From an uncultured Gemmatimonadales bacterium (GTDB lineage Bacteria > Gemmatimonadota > Gemmatimonadetes > Gemmatimonadales > GWC2-71-9), in contig CAVZZO010000001.1 in assembly GCA_963779755.1 (NCBI GenBank), positions 2,208,001 to 2,272,000 on the forward strand: a stretch of 64,000 bases of DNA, in the 5' to 3' direction. Under the pieces are notes generated by a model. It was given only the letters and a program-made list of their open reading frames with translations. It was not told the origin of the DNA and made no database searches. This document shows positions 29,472-37,943 of this stretch, piece after piece (the first letter of the stretch is position 1; each line of letters opens with the position of its first letter). A program made the translations under genes and the position numbers.

Positions 29472-29829
29472 GTCCGGGGACGGGCTCCTGGCGACCCTGA
29501 GCGGCGCCGCTCAGCACGAAGATCCGCCCCGATTTTGTCCCGTTGATCGCGCTCCAGGCAGACGCCTCGCTCTGCATCCCTCCGCGATGGTTGCCCGCAC
29601 ACCTGAAGAACTTGATGGCGCTTTCCGTGTTGGGGAACCGGCGTCGCTCCGGGAGCTTCGCCGCCGATCGGGGCAATCTGCGTAATCTGCGGTTCCAGCA
29701 CCGGACCTGAGTTCTCCCCCGGGTACAAGGCCAGCCGTCCAGGGACGGGCTCCTAGCGACCCTGAGCAGCGCCGCTCAGCACGAAGATCCGCCCCGATTT
29801 TGTCCCGTTGATCGCGCTCCAGGCCGACG
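29301..29829. repeat. 264-bp tandem duplication (29301-29564 and 29565-29829)
   Basis: Direct alignment shows roughly 14 differences including one indel; covers the last ~24 codons of the FG-GAP gene. Confidence 0.95.
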
Positions 29830-31420
29830 TCACCAGGAGATCCGGTACGCCGTCGCCGTTCACGTCGCCCAGGCCGGTGGCGTCGAAGCCCAGGGTCTCG
29901 CCCGCGACCTGCCCGGTGATGCTGCGCAGGAGTGTGTGGTCTTTCCCCGAATACACGTAGACCTTCCCGCCCGAGGGGGCGGCCCCGGCGAACTGCCAGG
30001 CGCCGATCACCAGGTCGTCATAGCCGTCGCCGTTGATGTCGCCCAGATCGGCCGGCCCGATACCGAAACCGTCGCCCGCGTTCTCGCCGGTCAGGGTGAA
30101 CAGCGGCTGACCGGTGCGGCCGGAATAGACGTAGATCCTGCCGGTGCTGCGGCCCCGGGCCTGGTTGGGCCAGTCGGAGGCGTAGATGTCGGCGGTGCCG
30201 TCGTGGTTTACGTCGCCCACCACCGAGACGAACATCCCGCCCAGGCGGAAACCGGTGCTGTCGGATGCGATGGTGAACGCCGGCTGGTCGGTGAGGCCGC
30301 GATAGACGTAGGTGACGCCGGTATGCCGCGGGCCCGCCAGCGGGGCGCCGGCCACGATCCAGACGGTGCCGTGGCGGACCTGCCCGGCGCAGGCGGCGCC
30401 GAAGTTGTCGCCCGCCTGCTGACCGGTGAACACGTGCAGCAGGGAGCCGTCGTGCCCGCTGTAGAGGTAGACCCGTCCGGCGTCCTTCCCTCCTGCGTCG
30501 TTGAGCGGCGCGCCCACCAGCACATCGGCGTCGCCGTCGCCGTTCACGTCGCCCAGATCGGCCACATGCCGTCCGAAGGCGTCGCCGGAGTCCTCGGCCG
30601 TGAAAGAGAGAAGAGTGTGTCCGTCGCGCCCGGAATAGACCAGCGCCTTCCCGCCGCCGGGTGCGCCGGCAATGACATCGGGCACACCGTCGTGGTTGAC
30701 GTCGCCGGCGGCCTCGATCCCGGTGCCGAGCCCGTCGCCGGGCTCGCCGCTCCGGGTCCACAAGAGCCGCCCGGTACCGGTGGAGTAGGCGTACACCTTG
30801 CCGGCCGCGCCCGGGCCGCCGGGGGCGGAAGTGACCACGTCGTGAATGCCGTCGCCGTCCAGATCGCCCGCATCCCGCGCGATCCAGCCGAACTGGTCGC
30901 CCGGCGCCTCGCCGCGCCATTCGCGCAGGAGGGTGACCGGTTCCACAAACGGATGCGCGAATTCGTCCGCCGTGGGGAAGAGCCGTTGATAGCGCGGATC
31001 GTCCCGCAGGCTCGCCGCGTCGCTGTCTGCCCCGATCTGCGTGAGGTCGATGCGGCGGGTATCCTGGGCGCGGAAGAGGAGGGCGAAGGCCGAATCGCGG
31101 TTGCCCAGCAGGGCATACATGAGTCCGGCATTGTAGAGCGCGGTGGGCCTGGTGGATTCGAAGCGCGCCGCCGCCAGGTCGGCCGCCAGCGCGCCGGAGT
31201 AATCGTGCAGGTTGTAGCGGGCAACGGCGAGCAGGTTCCAGGCGCGGGCGTTCTCCGGCGCCTCATGAGTGATGCTGTCCAGCAGCGGAGCCGCGGCGGC
31301 GAAATCGCCCGACTGCACCAGCTGGAACGCCCGGTTCAGCGGGAGGACGGGGGCCTGGGCCGATGCCGGAGCCGTCCAGCAGAGCATTGGGATGGAAACC
31401 AGCAGGGACAGCGGCCGCAT
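29753..31420 (-). CDS. Secreted TPR plus FG-GAP (integrin-alpha-like beta-propeller) protein
   Basis: Signal peptide; TPR-like N-terminus; repeated GD(L/V)NGDG..D...GAP and GKVYVYSG. Confidence 0.9.
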   Translation of the reverse strand: MRPLSLLVSIPMLCWTAPASAQAPVLPLNRAFQLVQSGDFAAAAPLLDSITHEAPENARAWNLLAVARYNLHDYSGALAADLAAARFESTRPTALYNAGLMYALLGNRDSAFALLFRAQDTRRIDLTQIGADSDAASLRDDPRYQRLFPTADEFAHPFVEPVTLLREWRGEAPGDQFGWIARDAGDLDGDGIHDVVTSAPGGPGAAGKVYAYSTGTGRLLWTRSGEPGDGLGTGIEAAGDVNHDGVPDVIAGAPGGGKALVYSGRDGHTLLSFTAEDSGDAFGRHVADLGDVNGDGDADVLVGAPLNDAGGKDAGRVYLYSGHDGSLLHVFTGQQAGDNFGAACAGQVRHGTVWIVAGAPLAGPRHTGVTYVYRGLTDQPAFTIASDSTGFRLGGMFVSVVGDVNHDGTADIYASDWPNQARGRSTGRIYVYSGRTGQPLFTLTGENAGDGFGIGPADLGDINGDGYDDLVIGAWQFAGAAPSGGKVYVYSGKDHTLLRSITGQVAGETLGFDATGLGDVNGDGVPDLLVTSAWSAINGTKSGRIFVLSGAAQGR

Positions 31421-31518
31421 CGGGGCTCCCGGGGTTGGGTCGCCGTCTCTACGCCGGGCCGGGAGGCGCGGTTTCGCTGAGGGGGGATCGGTCTGTGGCG
31501 CGGGAGCACGAATGGAGC

Positions 31519-31591
31519 GGGGACAAGGGACAAGGGACCGACTCCTGTCCCCTGTCCCCTGTCCCCTGTCCCCTGTGCCCTGTCCCAGCCC
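31519..31591. repeat. Heptamer (GGGACAA/CCCTGTC) tandem-repeat inverted element
   Basis: GGGACAAGGGACAAGGGAC ... CCTGTCC x4-5. Confidence 0.85.
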
Positions 31592-32302
31592 CTACTCCTT
31601 CACAATCGAGAGCCCCAGCATGGCGGTACTGTCGGGGGGCGGCCCGTTGACGACGACGATGTCGTAGACATCGCCCGCCGCCACGGGGAAGCCGCCGGTG
31701 TCCAGGCGCAGCGTCAAGGTTCCGCGGTCAGTGAATCGCACCCGCCAGGTTCCGGGGTCGCGCTCGACGTAGCCCGGAAAGGTGTCGGAGAGCCCGGCAC
31801 CGAAATCAAAGGGGGTGATGAGCTGGGTGGCGCCGGCCAGGCCGGCCGTGTCCAGCGTGAGGTAGACATCGATCGGCGGGCCGTTGGGCGCCGCATGCAT
31901 GACACGGAACTTGACCTTGCCCGGGGCGGGGACCCGCCCGGTATCCGCGGCGAGGTAGAGATCGAGATTGCCGCTGAGGCCCGCCGCCACCAGCGTGTAT
32001 TCGCGCCCCGCGGCCAGGACGGCGGTGACCGACCCCAGGCTGTCACCGGTCGCATGATCGCGCAGCGTCAGCACCCTCGATCCGGTCGCCAGCGAGGCGA
32101 AGTCCGATGCCTGCGTGTTGCCGATGGCCTGCAGGATCGTCTTTCCATCAGCGGCCAGGTCGATACTGGGGACTCCCTGGCTGCCGTTCACGACCCGCAG
32201 GCTGGCCGTCGTGGGCGGTGGTGGAGCGGTGGTGTCCTGGCTGCTGCAGGCGCCCAGGACCAGGCAGAGTGTCGCCGCGGCGGCGAGGTACGAACGTGGC
32301 AT
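31592..32302 (-). CDS. DUF4397-like lipoprotein
   Basis: Lipobox LGAC; ASLRVVNGS..PSIDL and KFRVMHAAPNGPPIDVYL repeats; YTLVAAG. Confidence 0.82.
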   Translation of the reverse strand: MPRSYLAAAATLCLVLGACSSQDTTAPPPPTTASLRVVNGSQGVPSIDLAADGKTILQAIGNTQASDFASLATGSRVLTLRDHATGDSLGSVTAVLAAGREYTLVAAGLSGNLDLYLAADTGRVPAPGKVKFRVMHAAPNGPPIDVYLTLDTAGLAGATQLITPFDFGAGLSDTFPGYVERDPGTWRVRFTDRGTLTLRLDTGGFPVAAGDVYDIVVVNGPPPDSTAMLGLSIVKE

Positions 32303-32399
32303 GGCCGGCTCCGGAGGGTGAGAGGCGGCGGCCCCCGTGGCCGCCGCTGTACCAGAGACTCCGCAAGCCCTTACGCGGTCACATGGGGGGAAGTGACGG

Positions 32400-32972
32400 A
32401 TGACGGTCATGGCGGGTCTTCACGTTGTGGACGACACCGATGAACGTCTGGTGTCCCGGGCGGCGGGAGGAGACCACGCGGCCTTCGGGCGGCTGATGGT
32501 GCGCTACCGGCCCCGGTTCGCCCGCTACGCCTGCCATATGCTGGGCAATGTAGCCGATGCCGAAGAAGTGCTGCAGGAGTCCTTCATCCGTGCCTGGCGG
32601 TCGCTCCCGCGCTGCGCGCATCCGGATCGGTTCGATGCCTGGCTCTTTCAGATCGTGGCCAACCGCTGCCGGACCGCTCTGGCGCGCCGGCGCCGGCGTA
32701 ACGAGGTGGCCCTGCCGGCTCCCGAGACGGCGGTCCTGGTCGACGGCGCGCCGGCGCCGCCCGAGCGGACGGCCTGGCGGGAGGAAATCTCGCGGGCGCT
32801 GGCACGGTTGCCGGTAGAGCAACGGGAGGCCTTTCTGCTGAAGCATGTCGAAGAGTTGAGCTACGACGAAATGGCTGCGCTGACCGGTGCGGGGACCAGC
32901 GCGCTCAAGATGCGGGTGAAGCGCGCCTGCGAGGCGCTGCGCCGCTCGCTCGGCGAGGTCTATAGTGGCTGA
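32400..32972 (+). CDS. ECF RNA polymerase sigma factor
   Basis: DERLV, GDHAAFGRL, DAEEVLQESF, AWLFQIVAN, LPVEQREAFLL, LSYDEMA. Confidence 0.94.
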   Translation: MTVMAGLHVVDDTDERLVSRAAGGDHAAFGRLMVRYRPRFARYACHMLGNVADAEEVLQESFIRAWRSLPRCAHPDRFDAWLFQIVANRCRTALARRRRRNEVALPAPETAVLVDGAPAPPERTAWREEISRALARLPVEQREAFLLKHVEELSYDEMAALTGAGTSALKMRVKRACEALRRSLGEVYSG

Positions 32973-33522
32973 CGACCCCGAACTGGGCCGCGTGCTCGCC
33001 CGCGCCGTGGCGGAGCTGCGGCGGCCGGTGGCGATCGACGAATCCCTTGACCGGCGGGTGCTGGAGGCCCTTCGCCGCCGCCCCGGCTGGGCCGCGCGGT
33101 GCTGGGCCTGGCTGCGCACCCCCCGCACCCTTCGGGTGTCGCCGCTCTCGCTGGCGGCGGGGGGCGTGGTCGTTCTGGCGCTCTTCCTGGCCGTGGCAGG
33201 GCGTCGTGGCGGTTCCGCCCCCGGCCAACTGGTGGCCCTGCCGTCCGGCGGCGAGCCGGTGCAGTTCGTCCTGACCGCGCCGCGCGCGTCCAGCGTGCAC
33301 CTGGTGGGCGACTTCAACGACTGGGATGCCGCGGCCACGCCTCTGCGGCACGAGCGGGGCGCGGTCTGGTCGGTCACCATCCCGCTCCTCCCGGGCCGCT
33401 ACCGCTATACCTTTGTGGTGGACGGACGCCGGTGGGTGGCCGATCCCGGCAAACCGCCCGCCCTGGGCGACGATTTCGGCCGGCCCACGTCCGTGATCAC
33501 CGTGCTGACAGGACAGACATGA
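32965..33522 (+). CDS. Putative anti-sigma factor: one TM plus CBM48/AMPK-beta-like glycogen-binding (isoamylase early set) domain
   Basis: Overlaps the sigma stop; TM LAAGGVVVLALFLAVAG; VHLVGDFNDW, W...LLPGRYRYTFVVDG..W..DP. Confidence 0.85.
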   Translation: MADDPELGRVLARAVAELRRPVAIDESLDRRVLEALRRRPGWAARCWAWLRTPRTLRVSPLSLAAGGVVVLALFLAVAGRRGGSAPGQLVALPSGGEPVQFVLTAPRASSVHLVGDFNDWDAAATPLRHERGAVWSVTIPLLPGRYRYTFVVDGRRWVADPGKPPALGDDFGRPTSVITVLTGQT

Positions 33523-34160
33523 CGGTCCCACGGTTGCTGCTGCTTCCCATGCTGGCGGTTTGCCTCAGCCATCCCCTTCGGGCCCAGACGGACCGGCTCG
33601 ACGGGAGGCTCGATCCCGCCACCAGATCGGCGGTCGGCGCGCTGGTGGACTCTGCGCGCGCCCAGGGCCTGCCGGTCCGGCCGCTGCAGCTCAAGGCCAT
33701 GGAAGGGGCGAGCAAGCATGCGCCCCCGGAGCGTATCGTGCTGGCCGTACGCACCCTGTGGCACGGGCTGGCCCAGGCACGCGAGGCGCTCGGCGCCGCG
33801 TCCGGCGAGGACGAGCTGGTGGCCGGCGCGGCCGCCCTGCGCGCCGGCGTCACCCCCGGAGTGCTCCGATCCCTGCGGCAGAGCCGCTCCTCGGTGGCGG
33901 TGCCGCTGGCGGTGCTCACCGATCTGGTGGCGCGGGGCGTGTCCGTGGATTTCTCCAGCCGCTCCGTGGAGACCCTGGCCGAACGCCACGCGACCGATGC
34001 CCAGTTCCTTGCCCTGCGGCAGGGGGTCGAGGCCGATATCGCCGCCGGCATCCCGGCCAGCCTGGCCGTGTCGGAGCGGCTGAAAGGCATGCCGGCTGCG
34101 GGCCCCCCGGGGGGAGCCACGCCGGCCGCAAGCGGGTTGGGTGATGGGTCCAAACCGTAG
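33519..34160 (+). CDS. Secreted helical hypothetical protein
   Basis: ATGA overlap; signal peptide ending LRA-QT; GLPVRPL..KAMEGASK. Confidence 0.78.
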   Translation: MTVPRLLLLPMLAVCLSHPLRAQTDRLDGRLDPATRSAVGALVDSARAQGLPVRPLQLKAMEGASKHAPPERIVLAVRTLWHGLAQAREALGAASGEDELVAGAAALRAGVTPGVLRSLRQSRSSVAVPLAVLTDLVARGVSVDFSSRSVETLAERHATDAQFLALRQGVEADIAAGIPASLAVSERLKGMPAAGPPGGATPAASGLGDGSKP

Positions 34161-35331
34161 ACCGGCCGTCGCCGGCGCGCTGGTCTTCCTGCTGGCCGGA
34201 GCATCCGCCCGGGGCGCGCGCGCCCAGTCGGCCGGGTTCAGCCTGGAGGCGGGCACCGGCGCCACCGAGTGGGAGGCGCAGCCGAGCCGCACGGTGGTGT
34301 CGGTGGCGCCGGGGGTCTGGTGGGAGAACGGCTGGAGCCGGCTGCGGGCCGAGGCGGTCTACAGTGCCCAGGCCGATCAGGGATGGGCGCTGGACGGCGG
34401 CATGAACGGCGCATTGCTGCTTCCGTCGCTGGGGCCGCTCCGGCCCGAGATCGGCGCGCTGGCCGACTGGAGCGGCTACCAGTACTACCGGGGTTCCCAG
34501 CTGCTGCAGGCGTCCGGCCGGCTGTACGCCGGCGCCGGTGCTCGCGGCGCCTGGATCGGTGCCGGGCTCGGGCGGGCGTCGAATCGTGGCATCCACAACT
34601 CGCTGGTTCACCTGGAGAGCGGCGTCTGGGGCAGAGTGGGGCCATTCGATCTGCGGGTCACGCTGTCACGAACCTCGTTCCAGGACAGCACGCCGGGCGA
34701 GCGGATCACGGTCGATTCCGGCGGCGGTTTTGCCGTCACCCCGTCGCGGCGCTTCCTGCGGAGCTACAGCGATGCCTGGGCCGCGGTCCAGTGGCACACC
34801 CGCTGGGTCGAGTTGGACGCCGGGGTGGGACAGCGATTCGGCCAGCCCGAGTTCGTCGCCACCAGCTGGTTCACCAGCGCGGCACTCCATCTCACCGGCC
34901 TCGCCGATCTGGTGGCCGCCTTCGGACGCTACCCCTCGGATGTGGCGGCCTATCGGCTGGGCGGCCGATACGCAACCGTGTCCCTCCGCGTCCGGATGCC
35001 GGTCGCCAGCTCGGGTGCCGCCTACGGCACCACACCGGCCGCACGGGCCGCTTCCGCATTCCAGCTGCAGCCCACCGCGCCGGGCCGGTATCGGCTGGCG
35101 ATCGAAGCGCCGGGTGCCGGGCAGGTCGAGATCATGGGCGATTTCAGCGAGTGGCAGCCGCTGGAACTCGCGCCCGAGGGCGCCGGGCGCTGGACGGTCC
35201 TGCTCGCCCTGACGCCGGGCCTGCATCGCATTAACGTTCGGATAGACGGTGGGACCTGGACGGTGCCGGCAGGCACCGCGCCGGTCGAAGACGAATTCGC
35301 CGGCCGGGTGGGGGTGTTCGTGGTGGAGTAG
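34141..35331 (+). CDS. Secreted beta-rich (possibly outer-membrane) protein with C-terminal CBM48-like glycogen-binding domain
   Basis: Signal peptide ARA-QS; amphipathic aromatic/Gly strands; C-terminal VEIMGDFSEW, LTPGLHRINVRIDGGTW, EDEFAG. Confidence 0.82.
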   Translation: MMGPNRRPAVAGALVFLLAGASARGARAQSAGFSLEAGTGATEWEAQPSRTVVSVAPGVWWENGWSRLRAEAVYSAQADQGWALDGGMNGALLLPSLGPLRPEIGALADWSGYQYYRGSQLLQASGRLYAGAGARGAWIGAGLGRASNRGIHNSLVHLESGVWGRVGPFDLRVTLSRTSFQDSTPGERITVDSGGGFAVTPSRRFLRSYSDAWAAVQWHTRWVELDAGVGQRFGQPEFVATSWFTSAALHLTGLADLVAAFGRYPSDVAAYRLGGRYATVSLRVRMPVASSGAAYGTTPAARAASAFQLQPTAPGRYRLAIEAPGAGQVEIMGDFSEWQPLELAPEGAGRWTVLLALTPGLHRINVRIDGGTWTVPAGTAPVEDEFAGRVGVFVVE

Positions 35332-35370
35332 GGCGCCGCGCACCGGGGGCACTCGTGGGAAAGGTGGAAC

Positions 35371-35847
35371 ATGCGCGGTGTGAAGATTCTGTTTCTGCTG
35401 CTGGCCGGCATCGCCGCGGGGGCCTGCAGCGGTACACTGGGGCCGGGAGGCAAACCGGTCGTGAGCGCCCGCCTGGGCGAGGACTTCCAGTTGCAGCTGG
35501 GCCAGTCCGCCACGGTGGGCGGCAGCTTCTTCCAGATCTATTTCCGGGGCGTGCCGGAGGATACGCGCTGCCCCCAGGGGGCGCTCTGCATTTCGCCCGG
35601 CAATGCGCGGACCGAGTACACCGCCTGGTCCGGCGGATTGCAGGCCCCGCTGGTGATCAACACCAATCCGGCCGAGGCGGGGCAGGGCAGCGCCGGCCTG
35701 TGCGGAACCCCTCCGACGCCCTGCGGTACGGTGCCGCCGTATGAAATTCTGCTGATCGCGCTCGAGCCCTACCCCACCATCGGCGGCACCATCACCGCCG
35801 ACCAGTACCGGGTCACGCTCCGGGTCCAGAATACTCCCACGCCGTAG
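35371..35847 (+). CDS. Hypothetical lipoprotein
   Basis: Lipobox AGAC; LGEDFQLQLGQSA, EDTRCPQGALCI, LEPYP. Confidence 0.8.
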   Translation: MRGVKILFLLLAGIAAGACSGTLGPGGKPVVSARLGEDFQLQLGQSATVGGSFFQIYFRGVPEDTRCPQGALCISPGNARTEYTAWSGGLQAPLVINTNPAEAGQGSAGLCGTPPTPCGTVPPYEILLIALEPYPTIGGTITADQYRVTLRVQNTPTP

Positions 35848-35859
35848 GGATCCGGCACC

Positions 35860-37902
35860 TCAGGGAACGGCACGGTCCGCCGGGCTGTCGCTCCCAGGGC
35901 TGTCCACCGCGGGCCCGGGCCACTGCTCCCGGCGGTGCGGCGCGATTTTCATGATTTCCGCCCAGATCGGTGCCGCGATTCTCCCCCCGGTGGCCGAAGT
36001 GTCCGGCAGAATCGGGCGGGGCTGGTCGAAACCGACCCAGACGCCGGCGAGGTAGTCGGGCGTCATCCCGATAAACCAGGCGTTGGTGGTCCCGTTGGTA
36101 GTGCCGGTCTTGCCCGCCACCGGGCCGGCATAGCCATGGCGCCGGATCGCGATCGCGGTGCCCCGTTCCACCACCTGCTGCAGCATGCCGCGCAGAGTCT
36201 GTGCGGTACCCGGAGTGATACCGGCCGCCGTAGCGGCCGGCCGCAACACGACGCTGTCCCCCGCCGCGTCTTCCACCACCCGGATCAGCCTGGGCCGGAC
36301 GCTCCGGCCGTCGCCTCGCGCCAGTGGTGCATAGGCGGCGATGAGATCGACCGGGTGTACGTCCTCGGAGCCGAGCAGCATGGCTGGTCGCGGGACCAGC
36401 GTGTCCACGTAACCCATGGCCCGGGCGGTGGCGGCCACCCGGGCCGGGCCCAGCCGCATGCCGAGCCGTACGGTGGCCCGGTTGAGGGAGCGCGCCAGGG
36501 CCGATTCCAGGGTGACGGTCCCGTTGCGTTCCTTCGCATTGTAGTTCTGCGGCCGCCAGATGTTACCGGCCGGCATCCGGACTTCAATGGGCTCATCGCT
36601 GATCGGGTCGTCCGGACTCATCCCCAGCTCCAGCGCCGTCGCGTACACGAAGGGCTTGAAAGCGGATCCGGGTTGGCGCCACGCCTGCGTCATGCGGTTG
36701 AACGGCGACTCGGCGAAGGACCGGCCGCCGATCAGGACCAGCACGTCCCCGCTGTCGGGATCGAACACCGCCAGGCCCGCCTGGAGATAGGGCGTGGCCG
36801 CCAGGCCGCGAGCCGCCGGCCCGGTGCCGCGTCTCGGTGCGGGAACGACCCCCGGCCCGGATTCCAGGCGGACCATCTGCTGTTCGAGCACGCGTTCGGC
36901 TTGCTGCTGGAAGGGCGCGTCCAGCGTGGTGTGTATGTGGTAGCCGCCGCGATACAGATCAGGGCCGAGACGTAGCTGCAGATCCCGGCGAACCGCCTCC
37001 AGGAAGTAGGGGCCCACGGTCGCATCGGCGCGGAACGGCTCGCCGCTTTCATCGGCCAGGCGGATGGGCTCGTGCCGCGCCTCCTGCCATTCGTCGTCCT
37101 GCAGCCATCCCAGCTCGTGCATGCGGTCGAGGACCGTATTGCGCCGCGCCCGCGCCCGCGCGGGAGCGCGGTAGGGGTCGCCCACCGAGGGCGCGTGGGC
37201 CAGGCCGGCCAGCAGCGCGGCTTCCCCCACCGAGAGGGCGCCGGCGGGCTGCCCGAAATAGATCCGGGCCGCTGCATCCACCCCGTAGGCGCCGTGCCCC
37301 AGGTAAATGGTGTTGAGATAGTCCTGGAGGATGGTGTCCTTGGGGAATTCATCCTCGATGGCGCGGGCCGCGCGGATCTCGCGGATCTTCCGCTCGAAGG
37401 TGCGCTCCCGCGGCGGCAGTATCGTGGGATAGACATTGCGCGCCAGCTGCATGGTGATGGTGCTGGCGCCCTGGACGGTTTCTCCCTCGCGCAGGTTTGC
37501 CAGCATGGCGCCAAGGACGCGGCGGAAATTGACCCCATGATGCCGATAGAACCGCGCATCCTCGATGGCCAGGAAGGCGCGGGGCAGGTAGGCGGGCATC
37601 TCCTCCAGGGAGGCGACGCGGCGGTATTCGGTAAAGAAGCGCCCGATCTCGCGGCCCTCGCGATCGTAGACGATCGACGCCTGGTTGGGCTGGAATTGGC
37701 GCAGAAGGTCGAGGTTGACGCAGGGCCCGGCGCAGAGCGCCCGATAGTAGTGCCAGGCCCATCCGGCGGCGGCGCCCAGGACAATGAGCAGGACGCCGAG
37801 CACCCCCAGCAGGACCGACAGGATTCGGCGTCGGGTCCCGCCGCCCGATCGGGGCGGGGCGGGAGCGGGAGGGGTCGGCTGGTTGAGGGGCTGATCAGCC
37901 AT
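35860..37902 (-). CDS. Class A penicillin-binding protein (PBP1A family)
   Basis: EDARFYRHHG, GASTITMQL, RKIRE, YLNTIYLG, SAFK, SLN, KTGT. Confidence 0.95.
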   Translation of the reverse strand: MADQPLNQPTPPAPAPPRSGGGTRRRILSVLLGVLGVLLIVLGAAAGWAWHYYRALCAGPCVNLDLLRQFQPNQASIVYDREGREIGRFFTEYRRVASLEEMPAYLPRAFLAIEDARFYRHHGVNFRRVLGAMLANLREGETVQGASTITMQLARNVYPTILPPRERTFERKIREIRAARAIEDEFPKDTILQDYLNTIYLGHGAYGVDAAARIYFGQPAGALSVGEAALLAGLAHAPSVGDPYRAPARARARRNTVLDRMHELGWLQDDEWQEARHEPIRLADESGEPFRADATVGPYFLEAVRRDLQLRLGPDLYRGGYHIHTTLDAPFQQQAERVLEQQMVRLESGPGVVPAPRRGTGPAARGLAATPYLQAGLAVFDPDSGDVLVLIGGRSFAESPFNRMTQAWRQPGSAFKPFVYATALELGMSPDDPISDEPIEVRMPAGNIWRPQNYNAKERNGTVTLESALARSLNRATVRLGMRLGPARVAATARAMGYVDTLVPRPAMLLGSEDVHPVDLIAAYAPLARGDGRSVRPRLIRVVEDAAGDSVVLRPAATAAGITPGTAQTLRGMLQQVVERGTAIAIRRHGYAGPVAGKTGTTNGTTNAWFIGMTPDYLAGVWVGFDQPRPILPDTSATGGRIAAPIWAEIMKIAPHRREQWPGPAVDSPGSDSPADRAVP

Positions 37903-37943
37903 GCCGGACGGTAGAGCACCCCGCGCTCAGGGCGCAACCGGAC

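Noticed and set aside
29275..29728. Small ORFs across the duplication (29275-29676-, 29339-29728-)
   Set aside because: They are products of repeat and duplicated sequence with no credible start signals.
29301..29829. Diversity-generating retroelement template/variable repeat pair
   Set aside because: Mismatches are not confined to adenines of one copy on either strand, most fall in non-coding sequence, and no reverse transcriptase is in the window.
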